DNA from: the human T2T-CHM13v2.0 reference genome, Homo sapiens
Direction: 5' to 3'
Assembly: GCA_009914755.4 (NCBI GenBank)
Contig: CP086569.2
Coordinates: 5,504,001 to 5,568,000 of the forward strand
Length of the DNA stretch: 64,000 nt
A model generated the notes under the pieces. It was given only the letters and a program-made list of their open reading frames with translations. It did no database searches and had not been told where the DNA came from. Positions 19,601-31,010 of this stretch are shown here, one piece after another. The position numbers and the translations under genes were made by a program. How positions within the stretch are numbered: position 1 is the first letter of the stretch; the number at the start of each line of letters is the position of its first letter.

Positions 19601-20056
19601 TAAATAAATACCATAAACGAAATACCCACAGCTAATATCGTACTCATTTGTGAAACACTGAAAGCTCTTCTGAGGATTCCTGCTTTAGCCATTTCTATTC
19701 ATCATAGTCCTGGAAGCCCTAACAAGGAGATTATGCAGGAAAAAAACCTACAAGCACCCAAATTGGAAACTACATGGAAAATTATCTGTTTTCGCAGGTG
19801 ACCTAACATTATATGTAGAAAACCCTAAATATTACACAAAAAATAATCTGTCAGAGATAATAGACAAATGTATCAAAGTTTCAGAATACATAGTTACCAT
19901 TCAAAAATCAGTTGTATTTGTATACAGTAACAATTAAAAAATTATTCTATTTTCAATAGCATCAAAAAGAATAAAATACTTATGAATAAACTTAGCCAAG
20001 AAGGTAAAGGACATACATCAAAAAACCATAAAACATTACTGAAAGAAATTAGGGAC
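16690..20056 (+). mobile_element. Old L1M-type LINE-1, 5' portion (ORF1, ORF2 endonuclease and the start of RT), interrupted at 20056 by the ERV-L insertion
   Basis: Degenerate ORF1-like sequence at 16690-17250 (...MGMPEGEEKWENKIFK...). ORF2-like sequence continues to ...NKILMNKLSQEGKGHTSKNHKTLLKEIRD at 20056. The element is very A-rich and highly diverged. It resumes after the provirus at 26570. Confidence 0.7.
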
Positions 20057-20508
20057 TGTGATGGTTAATATTGAATGTCAACTTGATTGGATTGAAGGAT
20101 GCAAAGTATCGGTCCTGGCTGTGTCTGTGAGGGTATTGCCAAATGAGATTAACATTTGAGTCAGTGGACTGAAAAAGGCAGACCCACCCTCAACATGGGT
20201 GGGCACAATCTAATCAGTTGCCAGTGCAACCAGAATAAAAGCAGGCAGAGGAATGTGAAAAGACAAGTCTGGTTTAGTCTTGTGTCCTACATCTTTCTTC
20301 AGTGGTGGATGCTCCCTGCCCTTGAACATCAGACTCTAAGTTCTTCAGCTTTGGGACTCAAACTAGCTTACTTGCTCTGCGGCTTGCAGATGGCCTACTG
20401 TGGGACCTCACCTTGTTATTGTGTGAGTCAATACTCCTTAATAAACTCCTCTTTATATATACATCTATCCTATTAGTTCTATCCCTCCAGAGAACCCTGA
20501 CTAATACA
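20057..20508 (+). repeat. ERV-L 5' LTR, MLT2 family
   Basis: Begins tgtgatggttaatattgaatgtcaacttgattgg. Contains ...caacatgggtgggcacaatctaatcagttg... Ends ...atctatcctattagttctatccctccagagaaccctgactaataca (TG...CA termini). Homologous to 26119-26569 and to the solo LTR at 53716-54275. Confidence 0.8.
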
Positions 20509-20514
20509 AATTTT

Positions 20515-20532
20515 GGTACCAGAAGTGGTTCT
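20515..20532 (+). promoter_or_regulatory. Putative primer-binding site (tRNA-Leu-like) immediately 3' of the 5' LTR
   Basis: The 18-mer tggtaccagaagtggttc sits 6 nt after the LTR end. ERV-L elements use a tRNA-Leu PBS of the form TGGTRYCAGRAGTGG. This is a recollection-based match, not a computed one. Confidence 0.4.
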
Positions 20533-21195
20533 AGAGCAATAGAATATCAAGATGGAGTTATTTTGTTGGTTTTGGGGTTTCTGGAGTTGGCTACTTAATA
20601 TGGATTAGGCCTCAAAATGCTAAGGACTCTACTTCTAACTGTATGAAGAACACTGATAGTCCTTACCGTGAACTGTTTGGAGAGTTATGCATAATGAACA
20701 CATTTGATACTTCTGATTTCACTGCTCATGAGAGGCAAGGAGGTTAGTTACTCTACATAATACCTTTGATCATATGTGGAGAACCAAGGATATAATAAAG
20801 TTGGTTGGTTGCTTCTGAGTTCACTGGAAAGGGATGAAAGAAAATGATGAACTCAAGGATTCCAACTCCTGGCTTCAGAAGCAGACACGGAGCCTTAAAC
20901 CTTCTAAGACTGCTCTGAGTGAGAGTATTATCTCTTGTAGGAAAAGAACTGAAATTGTGGAAAATCAGACACAAGTTCTTATCATGTAAGCAGCTGACCT
21001 GCAACAAAAGGTGCATGCACAGCCTTTCCAGGTGTCTACTGTTAAAGTGAGGGCATTGATTCAAAAAGAATGGGACCCTGAAACTTAGAATGGGAATGTG
21101 TGAGAGGACCCTGATGAGGCTGGGGACATTGAGCTTGTAAACTCTGATGAGACTTTTTTGCCAGAAAACAAAAAACAGCTTCCCTATCCCCAGTA

Positions 21196-22290
21196 GTGGC
21201 AATATCCCCCCTGCCCCAACCCATGCTGCCATCAGCCTTTCCACCTTTGTCTGAGGAGATAAACCCTGCACTGCCTGAGGCAACAATGATGGCCTCCCCT
21301 GAGGCAGTTGTCAGCAAGACAATGCTGATTCTCCTCAGGAGCCACCCCCAACACCCCTGTTTGCATCTAGTCCTGTAACTAGACTAAAGTCCTGGCTGGG
21401 CCCCAGAGGTGAGGTTCAGAGTGTGACACACGAGGAGGTACACTACACTCCAAAAGAACTGATTGAGTTTTCTAATTTTTATAAGCAGAAATCTGGAGAA
21501 CAGGCATGGGAATGGATATTAAAGGCGTGCAATAATGGTGGAAGGAACATAGAATTGGATCAGGCTGAATTTATTGATTTGGGCCCACTAAGCAGGGGCT
21601 TTGCATTCAATGTTGCAGTTTGGGGAATTAAAAAAGGTTCCAATAGTTTATTTGCTTGGTTAGCTAAAATGTGGATTAAAAGATGGCATATTGTGAATGA
21701 GCTGGAAATGCCTGATCTTCCTTGGTTTAATGTGGAGGAAGGGATCCAAAGGCTTGGTGAGATTTGGATGCAGGAGTGGATTAGTAAATTTAGACCTACT
21801 CATCCTAGCTGGGAGGGTTCAGAAGATATACCCTTGACCAATATTTTGTTAAATAGATTTGTGAGGACAGTACCTGCATCCTTGAAGAGCTCTGTTATTG
21901 CTCTTCTCTGTATGCCAGATCTTGCAGTAGGAACCACAGTCACTCAACTACAAAATGGGAATAATTGGATCCCGAGGTGGCAGAGGCCAAGTGGCAGCAC
22001 TCAAACGTCAAAGGCAAGGTGGGCATAGGTACGATAATGGAAAGCAAAGGCAGAGCAGCAATCAGAATAGTCTGACTCTTGTAGAGCTCTGGCATTGGCT
22101 AATTAATCACAGTGGTCCTAGAAGTGAAATTCACAGGAAGCCTACTGCACTCTTACTTAATTTATATAAGCAGAAAACTTCCAGGCCAAGTGAACAAAAG
22201 ACAAATTTGAATTATAAAAATAGAGAATCATGGCGCCTCCATCAATTTCCAGACTTGAACCATTTTACAGACCCAGAACCACTTGAATGA
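21196..22290 (+). pseudogene. ERV-L gag remnant
   Basis: Track ORFs 21423-22028 (201 aa, MTHEEVHYTPKELIEFSNFYKQK...) and 21955-22290 lie in the expected gag position upstream of protease. They are frame-broken. Confidence 0.55.
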
Positions 22291-22308
22291 AGGGGAAGCC
22301 AGTTCCCC

Positions 22309-25300
22309 TTGGGGAAGGACCCCACTACACTACCAACAATTTATGCTGTTAATTTTTCTTCCATCTTTTACCAAGGAGACCTCCAGCCTTTTACCAGGGT
22401 AACTATGCATTGGGGAAAGGGAAATAATCAGACCTTACAAGGACTGGACACAGTCTCTGACCTGATGTTGATTCCCAGGGACCCAAACGTCATTGTCGTC
22501 CTCTAGTAAAAGTAGGGGCTTATGGAGGTCAGGTAATTAATGGAGATTTAGCTGAGGTCTGACTTACAGTAGGTCCAGTGGGTTCCCAGACTCATCCTGT
22601 TGTCATTTTCCCAGTGCCAGAATGCATAATTGGCATAGATATACTGAGCAGCTGGCAGAATCACCACATTGGGTCCCTGACTGGTAGGGTGAGGACTATT
22701 ATGGTGGAAAAAGCCAAATGGAAGCCATTAGAGCTGCCTCTACCTAGAGAAATAGTAAATCAAAAACAATATTGCATCCCTGGAGGAATTGCAGAGATTA
22801 CCACTACCATCAAGAACTTGAAAGACGCAGGGTGGTGATTCCCACCACATCCCCATTCAACTTTCTTATTTGGCCTATGCAGAAAACAGGTGGGGCTTGC
22901 AGAAAGACAGTGAATAATTGTAAGCCTAACCAAGTGGTGACTCAAATTGCAGCTGCTGTACCAGATGTGGTTTCATTGCTTGAGCAAATTAACACATGTC
23001 CCAGTACCTGGAATGCAGGCATTGACTTGGCAAATGGTTTTTTCTCCATCACTGTCCATAAGGCCCATCAGAAGCAATTTGCCTTTAGCTGGCAAGGCCA
23101 GTAACATAACTTTACTGTCCTACCTGAGGGGTACATCAGCTCTCTGGCTTTGTGTCATCATTTTGTTTGAAGAGCTCTTGATTCCTTTTCCCTACCACAA
23201 GATTGATCCATTACATTGATGACATTATGCTGGCTGGATCCAGTGAGCAAAAAGTAGCAAACACACTGGACTTATTGGGAGACGTTTGTGTGCAAGAGGA
23301 TGGGAAATAAATCTGACTAAAATTCAGGGACCTTCTATCTCAGTAAAATATCTAGGGGTTATGGGGTGTGGGGTCTGTCAAGATATTCCTTCTAAATTGA
23401 AGGATGAGTTGCTGCATTTGGCCCCTCCTACAACCAAGAAAGAGGCACAACCTATTTAGATTTTGAATACAACACATTCCTCATCTGGGAGTGTTACTCT
23501 GGCTCATTTATCAAGTAACCAAAAAAGCTGCCAGTTTTGAGTGGGGTCCAGAAGAGGAGAAAGCTCTGCAACAGGTTCAGGCTGCTGTGCAAGCTGCTCT
23601 GCCACTTGGGCCATATGACCCAGCAGATCCAATAGTGCTTGAGGTGTCAGTGGCAGATAGAGGTGCTGTTTGGAGCCTTTGGCAGGTCCCCATAGGTGAA
23701 TCACAGCAGAGGCCTCTAGGATTTTGGAGCAAGGCCTTGCCATCTTCTGCAGATAACGACTCTCCTTTTGAGAGACAGCTCTTGGCCTGTTACTGCGCTT
23801 TGGTAGAAACTGAACGTTTGGATATGGGTCATCAAGTTACCATGAGACCTGAAGTGCTTATCATAAACTGCGTGCTTTCTGACCCATCTAGCCATAAAGT
23901 GGGGCATGCACAGCAGCATTCCATCATCAAATGAAAGTGGTACATATGTGATAAGACTAGAGCAAGTCCTGAGGGCACAAGTAGGTTACATGAGGAAGTG
24001 GCTCAAATGCCCATGGTCCCCATCCCTGCCACCCTGTCTTCTCTCCCCCAGCCTGCACTGATGGCCTCATGTGGAGTTCCCTATGATCAGTTGACAGAGG
24101 AAGAGAAGACAAGGGCCTGGTTTACAGATGGTTCTGCACAATATGCAGGCGCTACCTGAACATGGACAGCTGCAGCACTGTAGTCCCTTTCTCGGACATC
24201 CTTGAAGGAAAGTGGCAGAGGGAAATCTTCTCAGAGGGCAGAACCTTGAGCAGTGCACCTCATTGTGCACTTTGCTTGGAACAAGAAATAGCCAAATGCT
24301 TAATTATATACTGATTAATGAGCTGTAGCCAATGGTTTGCCCGGATGGTCAAGAACTTGGAATAAGCATGATTGGAAAATTGGTGACAAAAGAATTTTGG
24401 GAAGAGGTATGTGGATGGACCTCTCTGAGTGGTCAAAAATTGTGAAGACATTTGTATCTCATGTAAGTGCTCACCGAAGGGTGACCTGAGCAGGGGAGGA
24501 TTTTAATAATCAAGTGGATAGGATGACTCATTCTGTGGATACCACTCAGCCTCTTTCCCCAGACACTCCTGTCATCGCCCAATGGTCCCATGAACAAAGG
24601 GGCCATGGTGGCAGGGATGGAGGTTATGCATGGATTCAGCAACATGGACTTCCACTTACCAAGGTGACCTGGCTATGGCCACTGCTGAGTGCCCAATTTG
24701 CCAGCAGCAGAGACCAACACTGATCCCTCGATATGGCACCATTCCTTGGGTAATTAGCCAGCTACTTGGTGATAGGTTGATTACATTGGACCTCTTCAAT
24801 CATGGAAGGGGCAGAGGTTTGTCCTCACTGGAACAGACACTTACTCCGGATATGAGTTTGCCTATCCTGCACACAATGCTTTTGCGAAGACTACATCCAT
24901 GGATTCACGAAGGTCTTATCTACCATCATGGCATTCCACATAGCACTGCCTCTGATCAAGACACTCACCTTACAGCTAAAGAAGTGTGGCAGTGGGCTCA
25001 TGCTCATGGAATTCACTGGTTTTACCATGTTCCCCATCATCCTGAAGCAGCTGGATTAATAGGATGGTGGAATGGCCTTTTGAAGTCACAATTACAATGC
25101 CGACTAGGTGACAATACTCTGCAGGGCTGGGGAAAAGTTCTTCAGAAGGCTGTGTGTGCTCTGAATCAGCATCCAATATATGGTACTGTTTCTCCCGTAG
25201 CCAGGATTCATGGGTCCAGGAATCAAGGGGTGGAAGTGGAAGTGGCACCATTCATCATCACTTCTAGTGACCCACTAGCAAAATTTTTGCTTCCTGTTTC

Positions 25301-25385
25301 CTCGACATCATGTTCTGCTGGACTTAAGGTTGTAGTTCTGATGGAGGAATGCTGCCACCAGGAGACACAACAACAATTTCATTGA
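22309..25385 (+). pseudogene. ERV-L pro-pol remnant (protease, reverse transcriptase, RNase H, integrase), fragmented
   Basis: Protease GIDILSSW at 22578-22838. RT spans 22772-23934 (SPFNFLIWPMQKTGGACR; LIHYIDDIML at about 23190-23240; ASFEWGPEEEKALQQVQAAVQAALPLGPYDP). The RNase H motif WFTDGSAQYAG at about 24110 is followed by a stop. Integrase spans 24514-25385 and includes an intact 251-aa ORF (...ECPICQQQRPTLIPRYGTIP...HGIPHSTASDQDTHLTAKEVWQWAHAHGIHWFYHVPHHPEAAGLIGWWNGLLK...). Confidence 0.8.
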
Positions 25386-25774
25386 ACTGTACATTAAGAT
25401 TGCCACTTGGCCACTTTGGGATCCTTCTACCTCTATGTCAACAGGCTAAGAAGAGAATTACAGTGTTGTCTGGGGTGACTGACCAGGGCTATCAAGTTAA
25501 AATCAGTCTACTACTCCACAGTGGAGGTGAGGAAGAGTATGTGTGGAATACAGAAACATTTTTAGGGTATCTCTTAGTATTACCATGCCCTGTGATTAAG
25601 GTCAATGGGAAATTACAACAGTCCAATCCAGGCAGGACTACAAATGGCCCAGACCTTTCAGGAATGAAGGTTTTGGTCATTGCACCAGGTGAAAAAACAC
25701 AACCTGCTAAAGTGTGTGCTGAAGGTAAAGGGAATACAGAATGGGTAGTAGAGAAAAGCGGTCATCAAAATTAG
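25349..25774 (+). pseudogene. ERV-L dUTPase domain: an open 141-aa ORF at the pol C-terminus, downstream of integrase
   Basis: The ORF reads MLPPGDTTTISLNCTLRLPLGHFGILLPLCQQAKKRITVLSGVTDQGYQVKISLLLHSGGEEEYVWNTETFLGYLLVLPCPVIKVNGKLQQSNPGRTTNGPDLSGMKV... It carries dUTPase-like motifs (GVxDxxYxGEI-like VLSGVTDQGYQVKISLLL). The position after integrase is characteristic of ERV-L. Confidence 0.6.
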
Positions 25775-26118
25775 CTACAACCACGTGACCAGTTGCAGAA
25801 TCAAGGACTGTAATTGTCATGAGTATTTTCTTCTTATTTTGTTAAGAACATGTTTGTGCATGTATACACTGTACTAAGAAAATATCTTCAATTTATTTCC
25901 TTTTTATTTTATCATGTGACATAAGATTTATTGACTTCATATCAACATTTAAGTGTTATTAACTATGTAATAGCATTTGTGTTAGCGATTGGTGCATTTC
26001 CTACTGTACAAAAGACAGTTGTATTATGTTAGGTGTAATTATGACCTTATTATTGTCTTTACTTAAGATTATGTATGATTTCAGATGTGTATGAGTTCAA
26101 GTTGACAAGGGGTGGACT

Positions 26119-26569
26119 TGTGATGGTTAATGTTGAGGGTCAACTTGATTGGATCGAGGATGCAAAGTATTGCTCCTGAGTGTGTCTGTGAGGGTGTTGC
26201 CAAAGGAGATTAACATTTGAATAATTGGATTGGGAAAGGCAGATCCACCCTCAATATGGGTGGGCACAATCTAATCAGCTGCCAGTGCAGCCAGAATAAA
26301 AGCAGGCAAAAGAAAATGAAAAGACTAGACTAGTTTAGTCTTCTGGCCTACATCTTTCTCCCATGCTGGAAGCTTCCTGCCCTTGAACGTCAGACTCCAA
26401 GTTCTTCAGCTTTGGGAACCGGACTAGCTTCCTTGCTCCTCAGCTTGCAGACTTCTTATTGTGAGACCTCACCTTGTGATTGTGTGAATCAGTATTCCCT
26501 AATAAATTCCCCTTTACATATACATCTATCCTATTAGGTCTGTCCCTCTAGAGAACCCTAATAGATACA
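26119..26569 (+). repeat. ERV-L 3' LTR (MLT2 family), preceded by a purine-rich tract
   Basis: Begins tgtgatggttaatgttgagggtcaacttgattgg. Ends ...atctatcctattaggtctgtccctctagagaaccctaatagataca. A polypurine-like gacaagggg lies just upstream at about 26105-26113. Confidence 0.8.
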
Positions 26570-28300
26570 CAAAAAGTAAATGAAAAGACATCTGTGTTGT
26601 TAAGAGGACAATAGTCCCCAAAGCGACATACAGGTTCAATACAATTTGATTTTTCTTTAATATATAATTTTTTTTAATAGAGATGTGGTCTATGTTGCCC
26701 AGGCTGTCCTGAACTCCTGGGCTCAAGCAATCTTCCTGCCTTCACCTCCCAAAGTGCTAAGATTGCAAACATGGTCCACAATGCCCAGCCCACAATTTTT
26801 TAATGGCCTTTTAAAAAAATGCATGATTTTAAAAATAGAATTATCTATTCCAAAATTCACATGGATTTTCATGATACCCTGAATAGCAAAAAGTAATCTC
26901 AAAAAGAAACACAAGAAACAAAGTGGAGGACTCACATGTCCTGATTTCAAAACTTACTATAGTACACAAAACATAGTATGGTTCTCACATAGGGATATAC
27001 AAAAAGGCCAAGAGAATAGAAATGAGAGCTCGGAAGTAAACCTTCGCATATATCACTAATTGATTTATAACAAAGTGCCAAGGCTATTCAATGTGGAAGG
27101 AAAGTTGTTCAACAAATGGAGCTGATAAAACTGGATATGCAAATGTATTGAATGACGTGAAATCTTTACTTTACAGCGTATCTGAAAATAGCTCAAAATG
27201 AATGAAAGACCTAAATTGAAGAGGTGAGACTCCAAAATTCTTAGTAGAAATCATAGGAACAAATTTTCATGACCCTTTATTTGGCAATAGTTACTTAAAT
27301 ATCATACCAAAACTACAATTAAGAGAAAAAAAAGGTAAATTCGACTTCATAAAAATTAACTTTTGTATATCAAAGGACACTATCAAGATAATGAAAACAC
27401 AACCCACAGAATTGAAGAATATATTTGCAGATAATATCTTAAGATTTAACATCTAGAATATATAAAGAACTCTTACAAAAAGGTAACTCAATTAAAAATG
27501 GTCAAAGTACTTCAACAGACATTGTTCCACAGAAGATATATAAATGGCTAATAAGCATATGAAAATATTCTTAGCATCATTAGTCTTATGAAAATGCAAA
27601 TCAAAACTACAATGAGATACCACTCCCCACCCACTAGAATGGCTACTAAAAAATATTCAAAAATAACATCAATTGTAATGGATGTGGGGAAATTGGAACT
27701 TTTTGCATTACTTGTGCAAATGCAAAATGTTGCAGCCTCCATCAAAAGCAGAGTTTGAGAGTTCCTCAAAAAGTTAAAATGTAGAATTACCATGAGGGAC
27801 TCAAACTGATAGTTGTACATGAATGTGCATAGTAACATTATTCACAATAGTCAATAGGTGGAAATAACCTGTGTGCATCAATGGATGAATGGATAAAAAA
27901 TGTATATTTATATAATAGAATATTATTCAGGCATTAAAAGGGATGAAGTTTTGATACACACTGCAACATAGATAAACCTTAAAAACATCTATTTTAAATA
28001 AAGTAAGCCAGACACAAAAGGACAAAAATGAACCATGTAAAACAGACAAAAATGTAGAGATAGAAAACAGAGGTTTCCAGTGGTTGGCAGGAAAAGCACT
28101 GGAGATTTATTGCTTAACAGGTTTATAGTATTTGCTTAGTGTGATGAAAAATTTCTAGAAATATACAGTGGTTTTGGTGCAGAATATTGTGAATTTGTTG
28201 AATACCACTGAATTGTACAGTTAAAAATGGTTCAAATGGAACATTTTATGTCATATTTTACCACATCAAAAAATGTATAATCTCTGAAAGAAGAGTAAAC
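26570..28300 (+). mobile_element. Old L1M LINE-1, 3' portion (ORF2 C-terminus plus 3'UTR), continuing the element interrupted at 20056
   Basis: The sequence resumes in the same ORF2 frame (T-K-W-KDICVV...VPKATYRFN). The 3' end shows the characteristic L1M tail: ggtttccagtggttggcaggaaaagcactggagatttattg...ccactgaattgtacagttaaaaatggttcaaatggaacattttatgtcatattttaccacatcaaaaaa. Confidence 0.7.
26672..26790 (-). mobile_element. Alu monomer fragment (FLAM-like, free left Alu monomer) on the - strand
   Basis: Reverse-complement Alu left-monomer sequence gagatgtggtctatgttgcccaggctgtcctgaactcctgggctcaagcaatcttcctgccttcacctcccaaagtgctaagattgcaaacatggtccacaatgcccagcc, preceded by a T-rich tail. Confidence 0.7.
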
Positions 28301-28309
28301 ATCTGAACA

Positions 28310-31010
28310 GGCGAGTTAATTTTGAAACAACCAAGAAGAAAGCATACTTAGAACTCCACAAACTGCAATTATATATGTATTGTCAGACATGAAATATAGA
28401 GTAGGTAAGCACAAAATGTTTAAAGAATAAAAGGTGAAATTACAAAGATCATTTAGTAAGAAAATATCAGAAAACAACAGGCATACTTGAACAAAGTGAA
28501 ACTTCCTGAAATGAAAAACTATATATTCAGTGTAATAACAAAACTCAAATCCAGGGATTAAATGGCAGATTGCAATTTTCACTAGAAAATAAATTTGAAG
28601 AACTTATTCAGAGTGCAGTTAAAGATATAAGATGGAAAATATAAAAAAGAGGTTAAAAGAAATGGAAGATAGACTGAGAATGTGTAACATTTGACTGATT
28701 AGGTTTACCAAGAGAAAATGAAAAAGAAAAATGAAATACAAAAATCAAAACTGAAAAAAAAATTGTGGCTTCCATTTCTAATAATAGTCATATGGATATT
28801 CCAGAAATAATAAAAAAAAATTAGATTTAAGATATAATACATAGATTTAATTAGATTACATTTAATTGATTAGATTTAAGATATAATAATAGATTTAAGA
28901 TATATAAGATATAAATGTATTATATCTTAAATCTAATCTTACTAAATTTAAAATCGTTTGTAAAAACTATTGTGGAGATATTTCTAGAAATTTCAAGACA
29001 CCAAATGAATTGCGTATGTGATAAATATAAATAAATCATCACTAGGTATGTTCTAATAAAATTTCAGAACACCAAAGATGAAGATAAATTTTAAAAGTAG
29101 CCAGAGGAAAAAGGTGAATTACCTTTAAAAGGTTACAGTTTAACAAGAAGTCTGACTTTTCAACTACAAAGATTTTCAGAATAATATCTTCAGTATGCTG
29201 AATGAAGTTTTAAAAAGCAGCTGCCAAAAGAGTTTTAAACTGTGTAGGTATATTTCAAGACTAAAGGGAAATGAAAACATTTGTAGATAATGAAATCTGT
29301 AATTACCAACTGAACTTAAGGATATGCTTCAAGTGGAAGAAAAGTAAATTGAAATGGAGGGTCTGAGATGTAAGAGAGAATGAGAAATAAATAAAATAGT
29401 AAATATATAAATAAATCTAGATGAACACTGACTGCAAAAAGCTACAATAATGATAACATCTTTGGGCATTTAAAAAGATAATTAAAATAAGTAAGAGGAG
29501 TGACAAATTCTTTGGGAGGTGATTAAATTGAATGAAGGTATTCTAAGGTACTTGCACAGTCACAAGGGGTGAAAAAAGGTTTTGTTTATAGTAAGACTTT
29601 GTCAAGTAGGCATATGTAATTTCCAGGTTACCCATAAAAAATTCAAAACAGAAAGTGAAATTTCCAAATTAGTAGAGAAAAAAATGACATAATAAAAATT
29701 ATTCAATTCAAAATGAGGCAAAAAAGAAGAGACAAAGAAACACAGGATATTTAGTACAAATAAAAATCACAACATAATACAGTTCATTAAAACTCAAATT
29801 TGTTAGTAATTCCATTGATTATATATGAATTATGTGTTCCATTTATGAAGCAAAATATCAGAAGAAAAATCCACCCATATACTGTTTTAAAGAAACATTT
29901 AAGACATAAGAATACAGAAAGTTTGGCAGTAAATGAATCAAAAATGAAATAATGAGTCTATGTGAAGATAATCAATGTTCACTGAAATATTAGGGTGAAA
30001 TGCTGATGGAGAACTTTATAATAGATATACCAGGTCTATAACACCTGAGCCTAATCAAATGTAACACCATAAAAGTGAAATATCCAGACACTATCCACCA
30101 GGTTATAGGAAATGCAAAGCAAAAGAATATTAAAAGACATAAAGATGACTCAATCTTGCAATTCCAGAACATGGGAACTTCTAAAAGATAAATTGTTTTA
30201 ATCAATATGTAGTAAAAAGGGAAAGGGAACTGTTACTGAATAAAAGTGACATCGTGACCAAATGTAATAACTTTGGACACTGCTTGAAGAAACCAACTAT
30301 AAAAATTCATATTGAGTCAGTCAAGAACATGTTTATATTGACTGGAATTTTATTACTTTAAGGATTAGTATTAATTTTTCAGTGTAGTAATGGATTGTAG
30401 TTATAGTAAAAAAAAGTTCTTATTTTTGAAATTTACATTGAATTATTGATGAATAAAATTATGTGATATTTGGAATTTTCTTTAACATAATTTTCATTAT
30501 TAATAATAAAATCATGAAAAGGAACAACTCTTGTTGAATGCACATTTGAACTCTGTTGAAGCAGGCATTTCTGACCTAGGGGGAAAAAAACATAAAAGAG
30601 AAGATTTTTATGTGATAAATACAGGTGGTTGCCAGGGGCTGCCGGGTGGGGAAAATGGGGAGATGTTAGTCAAATGGTACAAAGTTTCAGTTGTGCAGGA
30701 TGAGTAAATAAGCTCTGGAGATCCAGTGTACAACATGATGACTATAGTTAATAATACTGTATTATATACTTAAAATTTTCTGAGTAGATTTGAAACGTTC
30801 TCGCCATACACACACAGAAAAGGGTAACTGTGAGGTGATGAATACGTATTCAAGCTAATCACGTAATTAGCTCGATTGTGGTATTTATTTCACAATGTAT
30901 AAGTAAATTAATAAATCACATTGTACTCAACTATATATATTTTTTGTCAATTATACCTCAATAAAGCTGGGGAAAATGTAAAAATAAATAAATAAATAAC
31001 CGAGAAAACC
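28310..31010 (+). mobile_element. Second old L1M-type LINE-1, 3' portion (ORF1 C-terminus / ORF2 fragments plus 3'UTR)
   Basis: ORF1-like segment at 29100-29340 (...IFQNNIFSMLNEVLKSSCQKSFKLCRYISRLKGNENICR...). The typical L1M 3' end gtggttgccaggggctgccgggtggggaaaatggggagatgttagtcaaatggtacaaagtttcagttgtgcaggatgagtaaataagctctggagatc...cacaatgtataagtaaattaataaatcacattgtactcaactatat ends in (aaat)n near 31000. Confidence 0.7.
28795..28945. repeat. AT-rich minisatellite-like tandem repeat (unit about 16-20 bp, agatttaagatataata-like)
   Basis: Repeated agatttaagatataatacatagatttaattagattacatttaattgattagatttaagatataataatagatttaagatatataagatataaa, plus a partial inverted copy tatatcttaaatctaatc. Confidence 0.6.

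Larger units (their letters stand above)
20057..26569 (+). mobile_element. ERV-L (HERV-L-like, class III) provirus, structurally near complete: LTR-gag-pro-pol(RT-RNaseH-IN-dUTPase)-LTR with no env; non-functional
   Basis: Two MLT2-type LTRs in direct orientation, about 450 bp each and about 85-88% identical by eye. The internal sequence encodes gag-like, protease (GIDILSSW), RT (PTTSPFNFLIWPMQKTGGACRKTVNNCKPNQVVT...YIDDIMLAGSSEQ), RNase H (WFTDGSA) and integrase (HH..CPICQQQ zinc motif) segments. A dUTPase domain lies downstream of integrase, which is the ERV-L hallmark. The total of about 6.5 kb matches full-length ERV-L. Confidence 0.8.

Noticed and set aside
20753-21286. 177-aa minus-strand ORF inside the ERV-L leader/gag region
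   Set aside because: It is antisense to the proviral coding direction and shows no similarity to retroviral or cellular proteins that I can recognise. It is probably a chance ORF.
26100-26120. Similar short motifs (ggac) just upstream of both LTRs, which might be read as evidence that the LTRs start earlier
   Set aside because: Only 4 bp are shared. The canonical MLT2 start TGTGATGG is clear in all three LTR copies, and the 3' upstream bases form the expected polypurine tract.
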